A stretch of DNA of 64,000 nucleotides. Source: Macrostomum lignano. Taxonomy: Eukaryota. The notes below the pieces were generated by a model that was not told the origin of the DNA, did not search any database, and saw only the letters and a program-made list of their open reading frames with translations. How positions within the stretch are numbered: position 1 is the first letter of the stretch; each line of letters begins with the position of its first letter. The translations under genes were made by a program, and so were the position numbers. The DNA is taken from assembly GCA_002269645.1 (NCBI GenBank), contig NIVC01001556.1:124001-188000 (forward strand), in the 5' to 3' direction. Shown one piece after another: positions 37,110-50,773 of the stretch.

Positions 37110-38340
37110 TCAGGGATTGGTCGGGAGATCTGTGCACATCAGGGATTGGTCGGGAGATCTGTGCACATCAGGGATTGGTCGGGAGATCTGTGCACATCAG
37201 GGATTGGTCGGGAGATCTGTGCACATCAGGGATTGGTCGGGAGATCTGTGCACATCAGGGATTGGTCGGGAGATCTGTGCACATCAGGGATTGGTCGGGA
37301 GATCTGTGCACATCAGGGATTGGTCGGGAGATCTGTGCACATCAGGGATTGGTCGGGAGATCTGTGCACATCAGGGATTGGTCGGGAGATCTGTGCACAT
37401 CAGGGATTGGTCGGGAGATCTGTGCACATCAGGGATTGGTCGGGAGATCTGTGCACATCAGGGATTGGTCGGGAAATCTGTGCACATCAGGGATTGGTCG
37501 GGAAATCTGTGCACATCAGGGATTGGTCGGGAGATCTGTGCACATCAGGGATTGGTCGGGAGATCTGTGCACATCAGGGGTTGGTCGGGAGATCTGTGCA
37601 CATCAGGGGTTGGTTGGGAGATCTGTGCACATCAGGGGTTGGTTGGGAGATCTGTGCACATCAGGGATTGGTCAGGTGGACTGTGTACATTAGGGATTGG
37701 TCGGGAGATCTGTGTACATCAGGGATTGGTCGGGAGATCTGTGCACATCAGGGATTGGTCAGGTGGACTGTGTACATTAGGGATTGGTCGGGAGATCTGT
37801 GTACATCAGGGATTGGTCGGGAGATCTGTGCACATCAGGGATTGGTCGGGAGATCTGTGCACATCAGGGATTGGTCGGGAGATCTGTGCACATCAGGGAT
37901 TGGTCGGGAGATCTGTGCACATCAGGGATTGGTCGGGAGATCTGTGCACATCAGGGATTGGTCGGGAGATCTGTGCACATCAGGGATTGGTCGGGAGATC
38001 TGTGCACATCAGGGATTGGTCGGGAGATCTGTGCACATCAGGGATTGGTCGGGAGATCTGTGCACATCAGGGATTGGTCGGGAGATCTGTGCACATCAGG
38101 GATTGGTCGGGAGATCTGTGCACATCAGGGATTGGTCGGGAGATCTGTGCACATCAGGGATTGGTCGGGAGATCTGTGCACATAAGGGATTGGTCGGGAA
38201 ATCTGTGCACATCAGGGATTGGTCGGGAAATCTGTGCACATCAGGGATTGGTCGGGAGATCTGTGCACATCAGGGATTGGTCGGGAGATCTGTGCACATC
38301 AGGGGTTGGTTGGGAGATCTGTGCACATCAGGGGTTGGTT
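37110..38340. repeat. 29-bp minisatellite (CAGGGATTGGTCGGGAGATCTGTGCACAT)n
   Basis: About 42 copies; intergenic between convergent CIMIP1 and PEPCK. Confidence 0.96.
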
Positions 38341-38449
38341 ATTCCTGCTTTTTAAAAGATTTAATAAAGTTTTTTATCAATACACATCAAGTTAAAAAGA
38401 AATGCGCCCTACATCTAAACAATTGCGGTTGCTTTTTGGCTTGGTTTTA

Positions 38450-39705
38450 GTAGTGGGGCCAGTGTTGGAGTGGATTGTGAGGCCAGTGTTGGAGTGGATT
38501 GTGGGGCCAGTGTTGGAGTGGATTGTGGGGCCAGTGTTGCAGTGGATTGTGGGGCCAGTGTTGCAGTGGATTGTGGGGCCAGTGTTGCAGTGGATTGTGG
38601 GGCCAGTGTTGCAGTGGATTGTGGGGCCAGTGTTGCAGTGGATTGTGAGGACAGTGTTGCAGTGGATTGTGGGGCCAGTGTTGCAGTGGATTGTGAGGAC
38701 AGTGTTGCAGTGGATTGTGGGGCCAGTGTTGCAGTGGATTGTGGGGCCAGTGTTGAAGTGGATTGTGGGGCCAGTGTTGCAGTGGATTGTGGGGCCAGTG
38801 TTGCAGTGGATTGTGGGGCCAGTGTTGCAGTGGATTGTGAGGACAGTGTTGCAGTGGATTGTGGGGCCAGTGTTGCAGTGGATTGTGAGGACAGTGTTGC
38901 AGTGGATTGTGGGGCCAGTGTTGCAGTGGATTGTGGGGCCAGTGTTGCAGTGGATTGTGGGGCCTCTGTTGGAGTGGATTGTGGGGCCTCTGTTGGAGTG
39001 GATTGTGGGGCCAGTGTTGGAGTGGATTGTGGGGCCAGTGTTGCAGTGGATTGTGATAACACTGTTGGAGTGGATTGTGAGGACACTTTTGGAGTGGATT
39101 GTGGGGCCTCTGTTGGAGTGGATTGTGGGGCCAGTGTTGCAGTGGATTGTGGGGCCAGTGTTGCAGTGGATTGTGAGGACAGTGTTGCAGTGGATTGTGG
39201 GGCCAGTGTTGGAGTGGATTGTGGGGCCAGTTGTGCAGTGGATTGTGGGGCCAGTGTTGCAGTGGATTGTGGGGCCACTGTTGGAGTGGATTGTGGGGCC
39301 AGTGTTGGAGTGGACTGTGAGGACACTGTTGGAGTGGATTGTGGGGCCTCTGTTGGAGTGGATTGTGGGGCCTCTGTTGGAGTGGATTGTGGGGCCAGTG
39401 TTGGAGTGGATTGTGGGGCCAGTGTTGCAGTGGATTGTGATAACACTGTTGGAGTGGATTGTGGGGCCAGTGTTGGAGTGGATTGTGGGGCCAGTGTTGG
39501 AGTGGATTGTGGGGCCAGTGTTGCAGTGGATTGTGATAACACTGTTGGAGTGGATTGTGGGGCCAGTGTTGCAGTGGATTGTGATAACACTGTTGGAGTG
39601 GATTGTGAGGACACTTTTGGAGTGGATTGTGAGGACACTGTTGGAGTGGATTGTGAGGACACTGTTGGAGTGGATTGTGAGGACACTGTTAGAGCGGATT
39701 TGTGG
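38450..39705. repeat. 24-bp minisatellite (GTGGATTGTGGGGCCAGTGTTGCA)n
   Basis: Tandem copies read directly. Confidence 0.96.
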
Positions 39706-39909
39706 ACCCTGAGGTGGCTCCTGTGAGGCGGCTCAGTGGCAGCTGGGTGAAGCATTATCAAGCGATGCTCAAAGCGGAGCTGCAGTTGATTTTGGGAGAC
39801 GCGTTGACAGGGAATTCTCAGCTTCTCAGAGATTCCGCTTGCAGCGGTTTTGAACCTACAGAAAGAGCATTAGAAAAATGAATTCGTAAGTCACGGTAAT
39901 GAAAATTTA

Positions 39910-42900
39910 TTAATTATCCGCCTTCTGCAGCCGCTCGCCCAGAAGTCGCAGCTCCTCGCCGATGGCCGGCGGGAGGTCCCGATGCAGCTGGTTGCCGAAA
40001 TAGGCCTCCAGCTCCTTGCACTCGTTCAACCAGAAGTCCTTAGGCACCGAGTACAGCTCGCCGAGGTCTACGCGCTCCTGCAGGCCGTCCAAGTTGACGG
40101 CGTCTGCCTTCGGCACCCGTCCGATCGGCGTGTCGACTGCGCAATCCTCGCCGTCGATTCGCCGACAGATCCAGTCGAGGACGCGGCAGTTCTCGCCGAA
40201 TCCAGGCCACAAAAATTTGCCATCCTGGCCTTTGCGGAACCAGTTGACGTGGAAAATCTTTGGCAGCTTCAGGCCCGGCTTCTCCTCGAAGCTCAGCCAG
40301 TGGTCGATGTAGTCAGCAAAGTTGTAGCCGAAGAACGGGCGCATGGCGAAGGGGTCATGCATGATCACCTTGCCCTTGTGCTCGGCCGCCGCTGTGGCCT
40401 CCGAGCGCATCGAGGCGCCAATAAACACGCCGTGTTGCCAGCTGTTGGCCTCGAACACCAGGGGCACCCCCGCTGGGCGGCGGCCCCCGAAGATCACGGC
40501 GCTGATCGGGACGCCCTCGGGACTCTCCCAGTCGGGGTCCATGGACGGGCACTGCGAGGCCGGGGCGCAGAAACGCGAGTTCGGATGGGCGGCCTGGTTG
40601 CGGCTGTGCGGAGTCCACATCTCGCCTCTCCAGCTGGTGACGCCAACGGAGGTGTCCACCTGCGGGACCGCATGATGGTCAGTTACAATGATTGTGAATT
40701 GGCTGGGGAGTGCGGTGGCTGGGGGAGAGTGAGGTGACTGGGGAGTGGGGTGGCTGGGGAGTGAGGTGGCTGGGGGAGAGTGAGGTGGCAAGGGAGTGAG
40801 GTGACTGGGGAGTGAGGTGGCTGGGGGAGAGTGAGGTGGCAAGGGAGTGAGGTGACTGGGGAGTGGGGTGGCTGGGGGAGAGTGAGGTGGCAAGGGAGTG
40901 GGGTGGCTGGGGAGTGAGGTGGCTGGGGGAGAGTGAGGTGGCAGGGAAGTGGGGTGGCTGGGGAGTGAGGTGGGGTGGTTGGGGAGTGAGGTGGCTGGGG
41001 AGTAAGGTGGCTGGGGAGTGAGCTGGCTGAGGATTGAGGTGGCTGGGGAGTGAGGTGGCAGGGGATTGGGGTGGCTAAGGAGTGAGGTGGCTGAGGATTG
41101 AGGTGGCTGGGAAGTGAGGTGGCTGTGGAGTGAGGTGACTGAGGATTGGGGTGGCTAAGGAGTGAGGTGGCTGGGGAGTTGGGTGGCAGGGGAGTGAGGT
41201 GGCTGGGGAGTAAGTTGGCTGGGAGTGAGGTGGCTGAGGAGTGAGGTGGCTGGGAAGTGAGGTGGCTGGGAGTGAGGTGGCTGGGTAGTGGGGTGGCTGA
41301 GAGTGAGGTGGCAGGGGATTGGGGTGGTTGGGGAGTGAAGCGGCTGGATACTGGGGTGGCTGCGGAGTTGGGTGAGCCGAGCACGCAGACTACGCGAACC
41401 TCCTTCTCCAGGCCCTCCCAGTAGACGCCGCCGTCGCCGGTCTCGCCCACATTGGTGAAGATGGTGTTGCTCTGTATAGTGCGCATCGCATTGGGGTTGG
41501 TGTGGCTGCAGGTGCCGGGCGCCACGCCGAAAAAGCCGGCCTCCGGGTTGATAGCGCGCAAAACTCCGTCGGCATCGAATTTCATCCAGGCGATGTCGTC
41601 TCCGACGCATTCGACCTACGGGCAAGTAGTATGGATGGAGTGTTTTGGCCTTTTCCGTTAAAAAATCTAGTAAAATAAGCAATAAATATACTCGTAATTA
41701 TAGCGTCTGATTAGGCAGAGAACATTGGAAGGTCAATCAAATGCCGAATTTGTTTCGTTATCAGTTGAAGAATAAGCAAAAGAACTAATTAAGGTTGTGC
41801 TGAATAGTGTGGGCCCACTTGCTCATGCCCTCCAGGGCTCAAGGGTCGTATTTTCAAGTGGCGGACTTGTATTTCCTACTTCACATAGGAAATACCAAAT
41901 TTCCATGTTCCTTTATGACACTTTTAAACCGCTAAGGATTTTGTACATAAAGTTTCCCAAATCTGCTGTGTAAAAAGAATACAATTTGCTTCTATAAGAA
42001 CGGAAAAAACGCGCTGGCTGCCCCCAAGGCAGTACAGTATAGAAAGCTTTCCATAGTTTCATACTAATAAAAGGGTAGCGGCCATCTGTAATGTGCAATC
42101 AGTCTGCACAGGTAAGCTAGGTAAACAAGTGCCCAACACACGAGAAGGTTAGAATTCCTAGACAGCTAGAGCCACACTGAGCTACGTAAAAGCAAGAAGA
42201 AGGCATAGCCATATAAAATTGTAGAAAATTTTCTTCATTCTTTTAACAACTGCCGCTAATCATATAGTGACAAAAACACTTTATTGCGTTATTCAAAGAG
42301 TACATTGCGCGTGCAGCTGCACTTGGGACAATCTCGGGCGGAAAACTTGGGTCTTCAGGAGAAGCGTAAACTCAGGAGAGAAATCTCAGAGGGACTATTT
42401 CAGGGGGGGTGGCAATCTCAGGAGGGTAACAATCTCAGAGGGAAATCTCAGGAGGGGACAATCTCAGGAAGTGGGACAATCTCAGGAAGGGGGACAATCT
42501 CAGGAAGTGGGACAATCTCAGGAAGTGGGACAATCTCAGGAAGGGGGACAATCTCAGGAAGGGGGACAATCTCAGGAAGTGGGACAATCTGAGGAAGGGG
42601 GGCAATCTCAGGAAGGGGGACAATCTGAGGAAGGGGGGCAATCTCAGTAAGTGGGACAATCTCAGGAAGGGGGACAATCTCAGGAAGGGGGGCAATCTCA
42701 GTAAGTGGGACAATCTCAGGAAGGGGGACAATCTCAGGAAGGGGGACAATCTGAGGAAGGGGGGCAATCTCAGTCAGGACAATCTCAGGAGGGGACAATC
42801 TCAGGAAGGGGGGCAATCTCAGTAAGTGGGACAATCTCAGGAAGGGGGACAATCTCAGGAAGGGGGACAATCTGAGGAAGGGGGGCAATCTCAGTCAGGA

Positions 42901-44776
42901 CAATCTCAGTCAGGACAATCTCAGGAGGGAAACAATCTCAGGAGGAGGAACAATCTCAGTCAGGACAATCTCAGGAGGGGACAATCTCAGTCAGGACAAT
43001 CTCAGGAGGGGACAATCTCAGTCAGGACAATCTCAGGAGGGGACAATCTCAGTCAGGACAATCTCAGGAGGGGACAATCTCAGTCAGGACAATCTCAGGA
43101 GGGGACAATCTCAGGAAGGGGGAACAATCTCAGTCAGGACAATCTCAGGAGGGGAACAATCTCAGGAGGGAAACAATCTCAGGAGGAGGAACAATCTCAG
43201 TCAGGACAATCTCAGTCGGGACAATCTCAGGAGGATTAACAATCTCAGGGGGAAATCTCAGGAAGGGAACAATCTTAGTGGTAAAAAATCTCAGGGGGGA
43301 ACAATCTCAGTGGGGACAATCTCGGGAGGGGGAACAATCTCAGTGGTAAACAATCTCAGGAGGGAACAATCTCAGTGGTAAACAATCTCAGGAAGGGAAC
43401 AATCTTAGTGGTAAACAATCTCAGGGGGAACAATCTCAGTGGGGACAATCTCGGGAGGGGACTATCTCGCTACCTCGGGAGGGGGAACAATCTCAGTGGT
43501 AAACAATCTCAGGGGGAACAATCTCAGTGGTAAACAATCTCAGGGGGAACAATCTCAGTGGGGACAATCTTGGGAGGGGGAACAATCTCAGTGGGGACAA
43601 TCTCGGGAGGGGACTATCTCGCTACCTCGGGAGGGGGAACAATCTCAGTGGTAAACAATCTCAGGGGGAACAATCTCAGTGGTAAACAATCTCAGGAGGG
43701 GGACAACTCAGGAGGGGGCCAATGTCAGGGTATATATACCATTAATAATGAATAATTCATAAAAGCTGACACAGACACACAGAAACAGAAGCAGGCCCCC
43801 CAATCCGCAGACTCACCTTATAGCCCGGCAAAGTAGGCTGCAGCATAGCCAAATTAGTCTTGCCGCAGGCGGAGGGAAACGCGGCAGCAACGTATTTTTT
43901 ATTGCCGCGCGGATCAGTGATGCCCAGAATGAGCATGTGCTCAGCTAGCCAGCCCTCTCGCTTGCCAAGAATCGAGCCAAGGCGTAGGGCGAAGCACTTC
44001 TTCCCTAGTAGGGAATTGCCGCCGTAGCCGGAACCAAAGCTGGCAATCTCGTTACGGTCGGGTATGTGCGATATTAAAATCTTAGACGGATTGCAAGGCC
44101 AGTTCTGTACTAGAGGTTTACTAATGTCTTTCAACGGTAGGCCAACTGAGTGCAAGCATTTCACGTAGTTGTCGCCTTGGATAGCGTCGAGAGCGGACCG
44201 GCCCATTCTAGTCATGATACGCATTGAGGCCACTACGTAGGGCGAGTCGGTTAGCTGAATGCCCAGCTTGCTGATTGGCCCGCCAACCGGGCCCATGCTG
44301 AACGGTATGATGTACATCGCCCTGCCGGCCATGCAGCCGGGGAATCGGTCCTGCAGAGCCGCCTGCAGGTCGCTAGGCGACATCCAATTCCCCAGCTGGC
44401 CTTTGACGCCCTCCTTCGGTATCGGGACAGTCTGGCGCTTGTCGGCCGTGCTAATAACTGTCTTGCTTTCCACTCTGGCCACGTCGGCTGGGTCGGTGCG
44501 GACTAGCCAGCAGTTGTCCATCTTGCGCAACGGCTTAGCGATACCGGCCCGGCGCATTATCTCTAGGAAGCGTTTATTCTCCTCCTCGGATCCGTCGCAC
44601 AGGTAGATATCGTCGGGTTGGCATAGATTAGCCTTCTCCTTGACATAGTTGCGCACCGACTGCGGTAGGGCCGATAGAGTTGTTGGCACGTCGGCTAGGC
44701 CGCGCCGACTACTGGCGCCAAATAATTGCTGCGCCATCGGCGATAATAATTGAACTCGAAGCAGACTGACGGACAT
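39910..44776 (-). CDS. PCK2: Phosphoenolpyruvate carboxykinase (GTP), probable mitochondrial form
   Basis: In-phase exons 44776-43817, 41615-41400 and 40659-39910. Intact motifs [39 protein letters not shown] and IFHVNWF. The N-terminus is Arg/Ser-rich and acid-free ([28 protein letters not shown]), resembling a presequence. Enzyme identity is firm; PCK1 versus PCK2 naming is functional, not orthology. Confidence 0.95.
40700..41375. repeat. Degenerate GAGTGAGGTGGCTGGG minisatellite in PEPCK intron 2
   Basis: Same core as the array at 302-795. Confidence 0.9.
42400..43725. repeat. ~18-bp minisatellite (CAATCTCAGGAAGGGGGA)n in PEPCK intron 1
   Basis: Tandem copies with progressive variant zones. 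Confidence 0.93.
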
Positions 44777-46119
44777 GATTGCTGCTAGCTTTTGCTTGAT
44801 TTCTTCTTTTCAAAGAAGCGGTTGAAATGAAAATGTGCGAGTGTCTTGTCGTAAGTAGAGAAATGGGTTAGGCAGACAGCTAGCTAGCTTAATATATAAG
44901 AAAGCGGAGAGTTTTGGGGAGAATGAACAACCTTTTAACGTCCCAGGCACACCCACCCCCTAAAAAACAGCTGTGCACTGCCTTACCCCCATTCCCATAG
45001 CAATGTACAGGGCGCGATGTGTACATTGCCCGGACAACACGTCCCCCACCCCGGCCCCAGACTCCATGAGCCAAGTGTGGTCTATACAGTTTGCGCACAA
45101 GGACGTCTAGAAGGATAAGACTTGACTGAATACTAAACAGCATGCTTTAGATTGGCCTAGCCGCCTAATGTCTTGCCTATAGTATAGTAGTAGAAGTAAA
45201 AATAAAGAACATAGGATTTTTTATTAGTTACAGCGGTGTATCATTTCCATTTTTGTCACTAATCCGCAAAAATCGAGAGAATTCTTTCTCCGTTTTTCGG
45301 GTTAAGATAATACAATCCAGTCCAGACATCACACTCTAGAATCCTAGATAGTCCTTGGCTTTAGTCATTTCTGGTTGGACAGACGGGCGGACTACTACTT
45401 ATTCACACCATTGGCGTACGAAATAGACCCACCCACCAATTTAAACCAAAATCTATTTTTAGAAACGAAAGGACGGGGTCTTGAGAGAGAATCACCCCAC
45501 GCAGCCCACACCAACTTTTCCGCCCGGTAATTTTCCATGGCAGAAATGCTTCTAACTCGTATTAGGTTGGGGACAAACAGAACAGAAGCAAATCGTGGCA
45601 AAACCCAATTGGCTGATTGTGATTAATAAATATTATATATTTATTTTTACCTACTAACACAGGATATCCGTATATATCCAAAAAAATAATTCTTTGCTTG
45701 TAGTTACCTAGCAGAGAATAAGGATTCGAAAATGGAAATAAAAGAGCTCTTTATATTCAACAGCACCTAATACCCCCTACCTTACCTATAGCTAACAACA
45801 CCTACAGCTAAGCCTAGCAATAAAATTTGACATAATTCCGTTTAGTAAAAGATCAAATCAAGAAAATATCAATGATAATTACTCATTCACAGTGAACCAG
45901 AAAACGGAATTCAAATATTGCTGCAATGACTTTATTTTTTAATAAATTACGAATACAGAGCCTCTAATTATACTACTAATAGGCAGAATATAGGGATATT
46001 AAGAGGGCTTTTAGAAATGTAAGGTTGAAGATAAAAACACATTTTTTGAACAGACAGCAGACAAAAACTTCTTAAGTACGAAGCTAAACAACACTGAACA
46101 TTTTTAAAGTCATTCTTGA

Positions 46120-47420
46120 GATGGTTTAGGGACTGTTCTCATGCTGGTTTAGGGACTGTTCTCATGTTGGTTTAGGGACTGTTCTCATGTTGGTTTAGGG
46201 ACTGTTCTCATGCTGGTTTAGGGACTGTTCTCATGTTGGTTTAGGGACTGTTCTCATGCTGGTTTAGGGACTGTTCTCATGTTGGTTTAGGGACTGTTCT
46301 CATGTTGGTTTAGGGACTGTTCTCATGCTGGTTTAGGGACTGTTCTCATGTTGGTTTAGGGACTGTTCTCATGTTGGTTTAGGGACTGTTCTCATGTTGG
46401 TTTAGGGACTGTTCTCATGTTGGTTTAGGGACTGTTCTCATGTTGGTTTAGGGACTGTTCTCATGTTGGTTTAGGGACTGTTCTCATGCTGGTTTAGGGA
46501 CTGTTCTCATGCTGGTTTAGGGACTGTTCTCATGTTGGTTTAGGGACTGTTCTCATGTTGGTTTAGGGACTGTTCTCATGCTGGTTTAGGGACTGTTCTC
46601 ATGTTGGTTTAGGGACTGTTCTCATGTTGGTTTAGGGACTGTTCTCATGTTGGTTTAGGGACTGTTCTCATGTTGGTTTAGGGACTGTTCTCATGTTGGT
46701 TTAGGGACTGTTCTCATGTTGGTTTAGGGACTGTTCTCATGCTGGTTTAGGGACTGTTCTCATGTTGGTTTAGGGACTGTTCTCATGTTGGTTTAGGGAC
46801 TGTTCTCATGTTGGTTTAGGGACTGTTCTCATGCTGGTTTAGGGACTGTTCTCATGTTGGTTTATGGACTGTTTTCATGTTGGTTTAGGGACTGTTCTCA
46901 TGTTGGTTTAGGGACTGTTTAATGTTGGTTTAGAAACAGTTCTCATGCTGCTTTACGGACTGTTCTCATCCTGCTTTAGGGACTGTTTTCATGTTGGTTT
47001 AGGGACTGTTCTCATGTTGGTTTAGGGACTTCTCATGCTGGGTTAGAAACAGTTCTTATGCTGGTTTATGGACTGTTCTCATGTTGGTTTACGGACTGTT
47101 CTCATGCTGGTTTAGGGACTGTTTTCATGTTGGTTTAGGGACTGTTCTCATTCTGGTTTAGGGCCTGTTTTCATGCTGGTTTAGGGACTGTTCTCATGTT
47201 GGTTTAGGGACTGTTCTCATGTTGGTTTAGGGACTTCTCATGCTGGGTTAGAAACAGTTCTCATGCTGGTTTATGGACTGTTCTCATGTTGGTTTACGGA
47301 CTGTTCTCATGCTGGTTTAGGGACTGTTTTCATGCTGCTTTAGGGACTGTTCTCATGCTGGTTTATGGACTGTTCTCATGTTGGTTTACGGACTGTTCTC
47401 ATGTTGGTTTAGGGACTGTT
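46120..47420. repeat. 23-bp minisatellite (GGTTTAGGGACTGTTCTCATGTT)n
   Basis: More than 50 copies, each with one TTAGGG. Confidence 0.96.
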
Positions 47421-48169
47421 CACAGTCTGTCAGTGCAGAATGCTCTATATGAGCAAAATTGTTCTGGTTGAATTTTGCTCAGTAACATCAAAACAGATCA
47501 TCCAAAAACGCTGGAAGAAAAACAAAGAAAATTGCGGAGAAAAGAATAAAGAAATAAAATGAATAATATTTCCATTTTTCTATTGCTAGTAGTAAAAATA
47601 AGTTCAAACCAAAACGCTAATTAATTAAGTAGAGAAACTCCTTGTACAGAGTTTCAAGAAAATATAAGATGAAAGGGCTGTACTGTACGCACAGAATAGC
47701 AGAATATTGCACAGCTGGTGGAACTGGCTACTACGAGTAGAACAGAGAGGAAAAAACGGCATGGAAATCAAACACACCTTTTGTTTCCTCCTATAAACTG
47801 ACTAATAGAAATTGTAAATCAAAATTAAGAAAGCATTCATCTGACAATGTACGTAGAAGAGAGGCACATATTGGAAACTAGTTCTAGTTAACTAATACGC
47901 ATGCATAAACAATTTATTACACGCACCCAAGAGTTCTCGGAATATAAATCCGGATAAACAGTTATATTGACTTGTAAAAAAGCCTTATATACCGAGGTAT
48001 GTAAGAAAGGTCCAAAGCCAACCTGCAAATCAATAAATAATGCAGGATATCTAAAGACTTACTAGTAAACAAATAAACAAAACTTATGCGATTAGAAAAA
48101 TATAGAGGAGAAGCCAACACCAACACTAGCCTGCTTTGCCGCGACAGAAAGGGGAGTGAACTACTATTA

Positions 48170-49105
48170 GGATTAGGAGTGAACCATCCTTAGCTAAGGA
48201 GTGAACCATCCTTAGCTAAGGAGTGAACCATCCGTAGCTAAGGAGTGAACCATCCGTAGCCAAGGAGTGAACCATCCGTAGCTAAGGAGTGAACCATCCG
48301 TAGCTAAGGAGTGAACCATCCAAAGCTAAGGAGTGAACCATCCAAAGCTAAGGAGTGAACCATCCGTAGCCAAGGAGTGAACCATCCGTAGCTAAGGAGT
48401 GAACCATCCGTAGCTAAGGAGTGGACCATCCAAAGCTAAGGAGTGAACCATCCATAGCTAAGGAGTGAACCATCCAAAGCTAAGGAGTGAACCATCCGTA
48501 GCTAAGGAGTGAACCATCCAAAGCTAAGGAGTGAACCATCCATAGCTAAGGAGTGAACCATCCGTAGCTAAGGAGTGAACCATCCGTAGCTAAGGAGTGA
48601 ACCATCCGTAGCTAAGGAGTGAACCATCCAAAGCTAAGGAGTGAACCATCCATAGCTAAGGAGTGAACCATCCAAAGCTAAGGAGTGAACCATCCAAAGC
48701 TAAGGAGTGAACCATCCAAAGCTAAGGAGTGAACCATCCGTAGCTAAGGAGTGAACCATCCGTAGCTAAGGAGTGAACCATCCATAGCTAAGGAGTGAAC
48801 CATCCGTAGCTAAGGAGTGAACCATCCGTAGCTAAGGAGTGAACCATCCGTAGCTAAGGAGTGAACCATCCATAGCTAAGGAGTGAACCATCCGTAGCTA
48901 AGGAGTGAACCATCCATAGCTAAGGAGTGAACCATCCATAGCTAAGGAGTGAACCATCCATAGCTAAGGAGTGAACCATCCATAGCTAAGGAGTGAACCA
49001 TCCATAGCTAAGGAGTGAACCATCCGTAGCTAAGGAGTGAACCATCCGTAGCTAAGGAGTGAACCATCCATAGCTAAGGAGTTAACCATCCATAGCTAAG
49101 GAGAA
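48170..49105. repeat. 22-bp minisatellite (GCTAAGGAGTGAACCATCCGTA)n
   Basis: Tandem copies read directly. Confidence 0.96.
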
Positions 49106-49844
49106 AACCCTGCTTAAAATCTATTTTCAGCTACCTATCTATTTTGTTCCGCAGCAAAAAATATTCCTTACGAGCAGTGGGGATGTCACTGTAAGCAAAG
49201 CAGACTAGCTAGTAAGAAGGAAAGAATCTTTGCATTGCTTTCGTGCATTGATAAAGATAAAGAGATAAACTTATATCAATAACAAATAAACACTCACGCA
49301 TACTTCATAATTACGCGAGAGATTGCTTTAGTAAAGAAAATCTAAAAAACAAATCACAAAGTTCGACAAAAGATCAAGTTGAAAAATTCGAATTTCTCAA
49401 CAATAAATAACTATTTTAGTGAATTTATTGACTGACTCGTGAATTAAGTTGACTACGGAAACTCTAAGAGCTTGAAACTATCTGTAATGTAGGTTTGCTT
49501 AAGTTGCTCTAGCAGCTTACTGAAGGCACGATACTTTAACTGACGGATTCCATTAGAATGCAGCAAACAAATGCAGTCGCTGGCTGGATCAGGAGAGGTG
49601 CTGAAAAGAAATTTGTAGAATAAATTTGAAATTTGACGAGTAACTACGAAAAGTTATTACGCAATTTCTTATCTATGTAGAAAACTATAATAAATAGCAA
49701 ATTTCAGATTGCGTACAATACAAGAATGATAAATAAATTGAAATATGTCATCTTTCACCTATCATTAATAACAAATCAACCATCACACGACTGAAATTCG
49801 CTAAACTTAGCTCGTAAAACTACGTACGCGACTTTAGTAACCCA

Positions 49845-50375
49845 AGCTTAAGAATCACGTGACTCTAGCAGAACAAGCTTAGAATCACGTGACTCTAGCA
49901 GAACAAGCTTAGAATCACGTGACTCTAGCAGAACAAGCTTAGAATCACGTGACTCTAGCAGAACAAGCTTAGAATCACGTGACTCTAGCAGAACAAGCTG
50001 AGAATGACGTGAATCTAGCAGAACAAGCTGAGAATCACGTGACTCTAGCAGAACAAGCTGAGAATGACGTGAATCTAGCAGAACAAGCTGAGAATCACGT
50101 GACTCTAGCAGAACAAGCTTAGAATGACGTGACTCTAGCAGAACAAGCTTAGAATGACGTGACTCTAGCAGAACAAGCTAGAATTCACGTGACTCTAACA
50201 GAACAAGCTAAGAATCACGTGACTCTAGCAGAACAAGCTTAGAATCACGTGACTCTAGCAGAACAAGCTAGGAATCACGTGACTCTAGCAGAACAAGCTG
50301 AGAATCACGTGACTCTAGCAGAACAAGCTTAGAATCACGTGACTCTAGCAGAACAAGCTTAGAATCACGTGACTA
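49845..50375. repeat. 30-bp minisatellite (AGAATCACGTGACTCTAGCAGAACAAGCTT)n
   Basis: About 17 copies, most carrying TCACGTGA. Confidence 0.95.
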
Positions 50376-50444
50376 GCCAAATTTTCTACCCGAAATCTGC
50401 AGACCGATTTCTTCTATCCATCGAAATGTGTTACCCAAAATCTG

Positions 50445-50583
50445 CTCTGCATTGCTTCAGTTCACCCAGCTATAAAATGGGTACCAGCATTAGATGGGGT
50501 AATTGAAGGTGTGTGACGTGAATCCTTGGACTGAACAGCCGTACGCAGCCTTCAGATGCGCCACGCAATAGCTGCAGCTGACT
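50445..50583 (+). mobile_element. 5'-truncated copy of a SINE-like element
   Basis: CCTTGGACTGAACAGCCG..TACGCAGCCTTCAG..GCAATAGCTGCAGCTGA matches the reverse complement of 55255-55330. It also carries CACCCAGCTATAAAATGGGTACC, resembling a conserved SINE central domain. Confidence 0.6.
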
Positions 50584-50773
50584 TTTCGGTTGCACATCTG
50601 GCCCAGTTGAGGATTTCGGATAGCAATTTTCTCGCTAGCAAACTTCATGGACTCACACAAAAATGCAAGTCACTTGTAAGCGGAGTCGAGCGTCAATGCG
50701 CCGCGCAGTTAGCAAGATACTTTATTAGCATAATAAATCATAAATCAAGCATAGCTCAATAAAAAACTGGATT

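Noticed and set aside
37014-39761. 400-480-aa ORFs (incl. mucin-like QSTPTLAP repeats)
   Set aside because: Open in several frames on both strands of 29- and 24-bp arrays; no signal peptide or unique domain.
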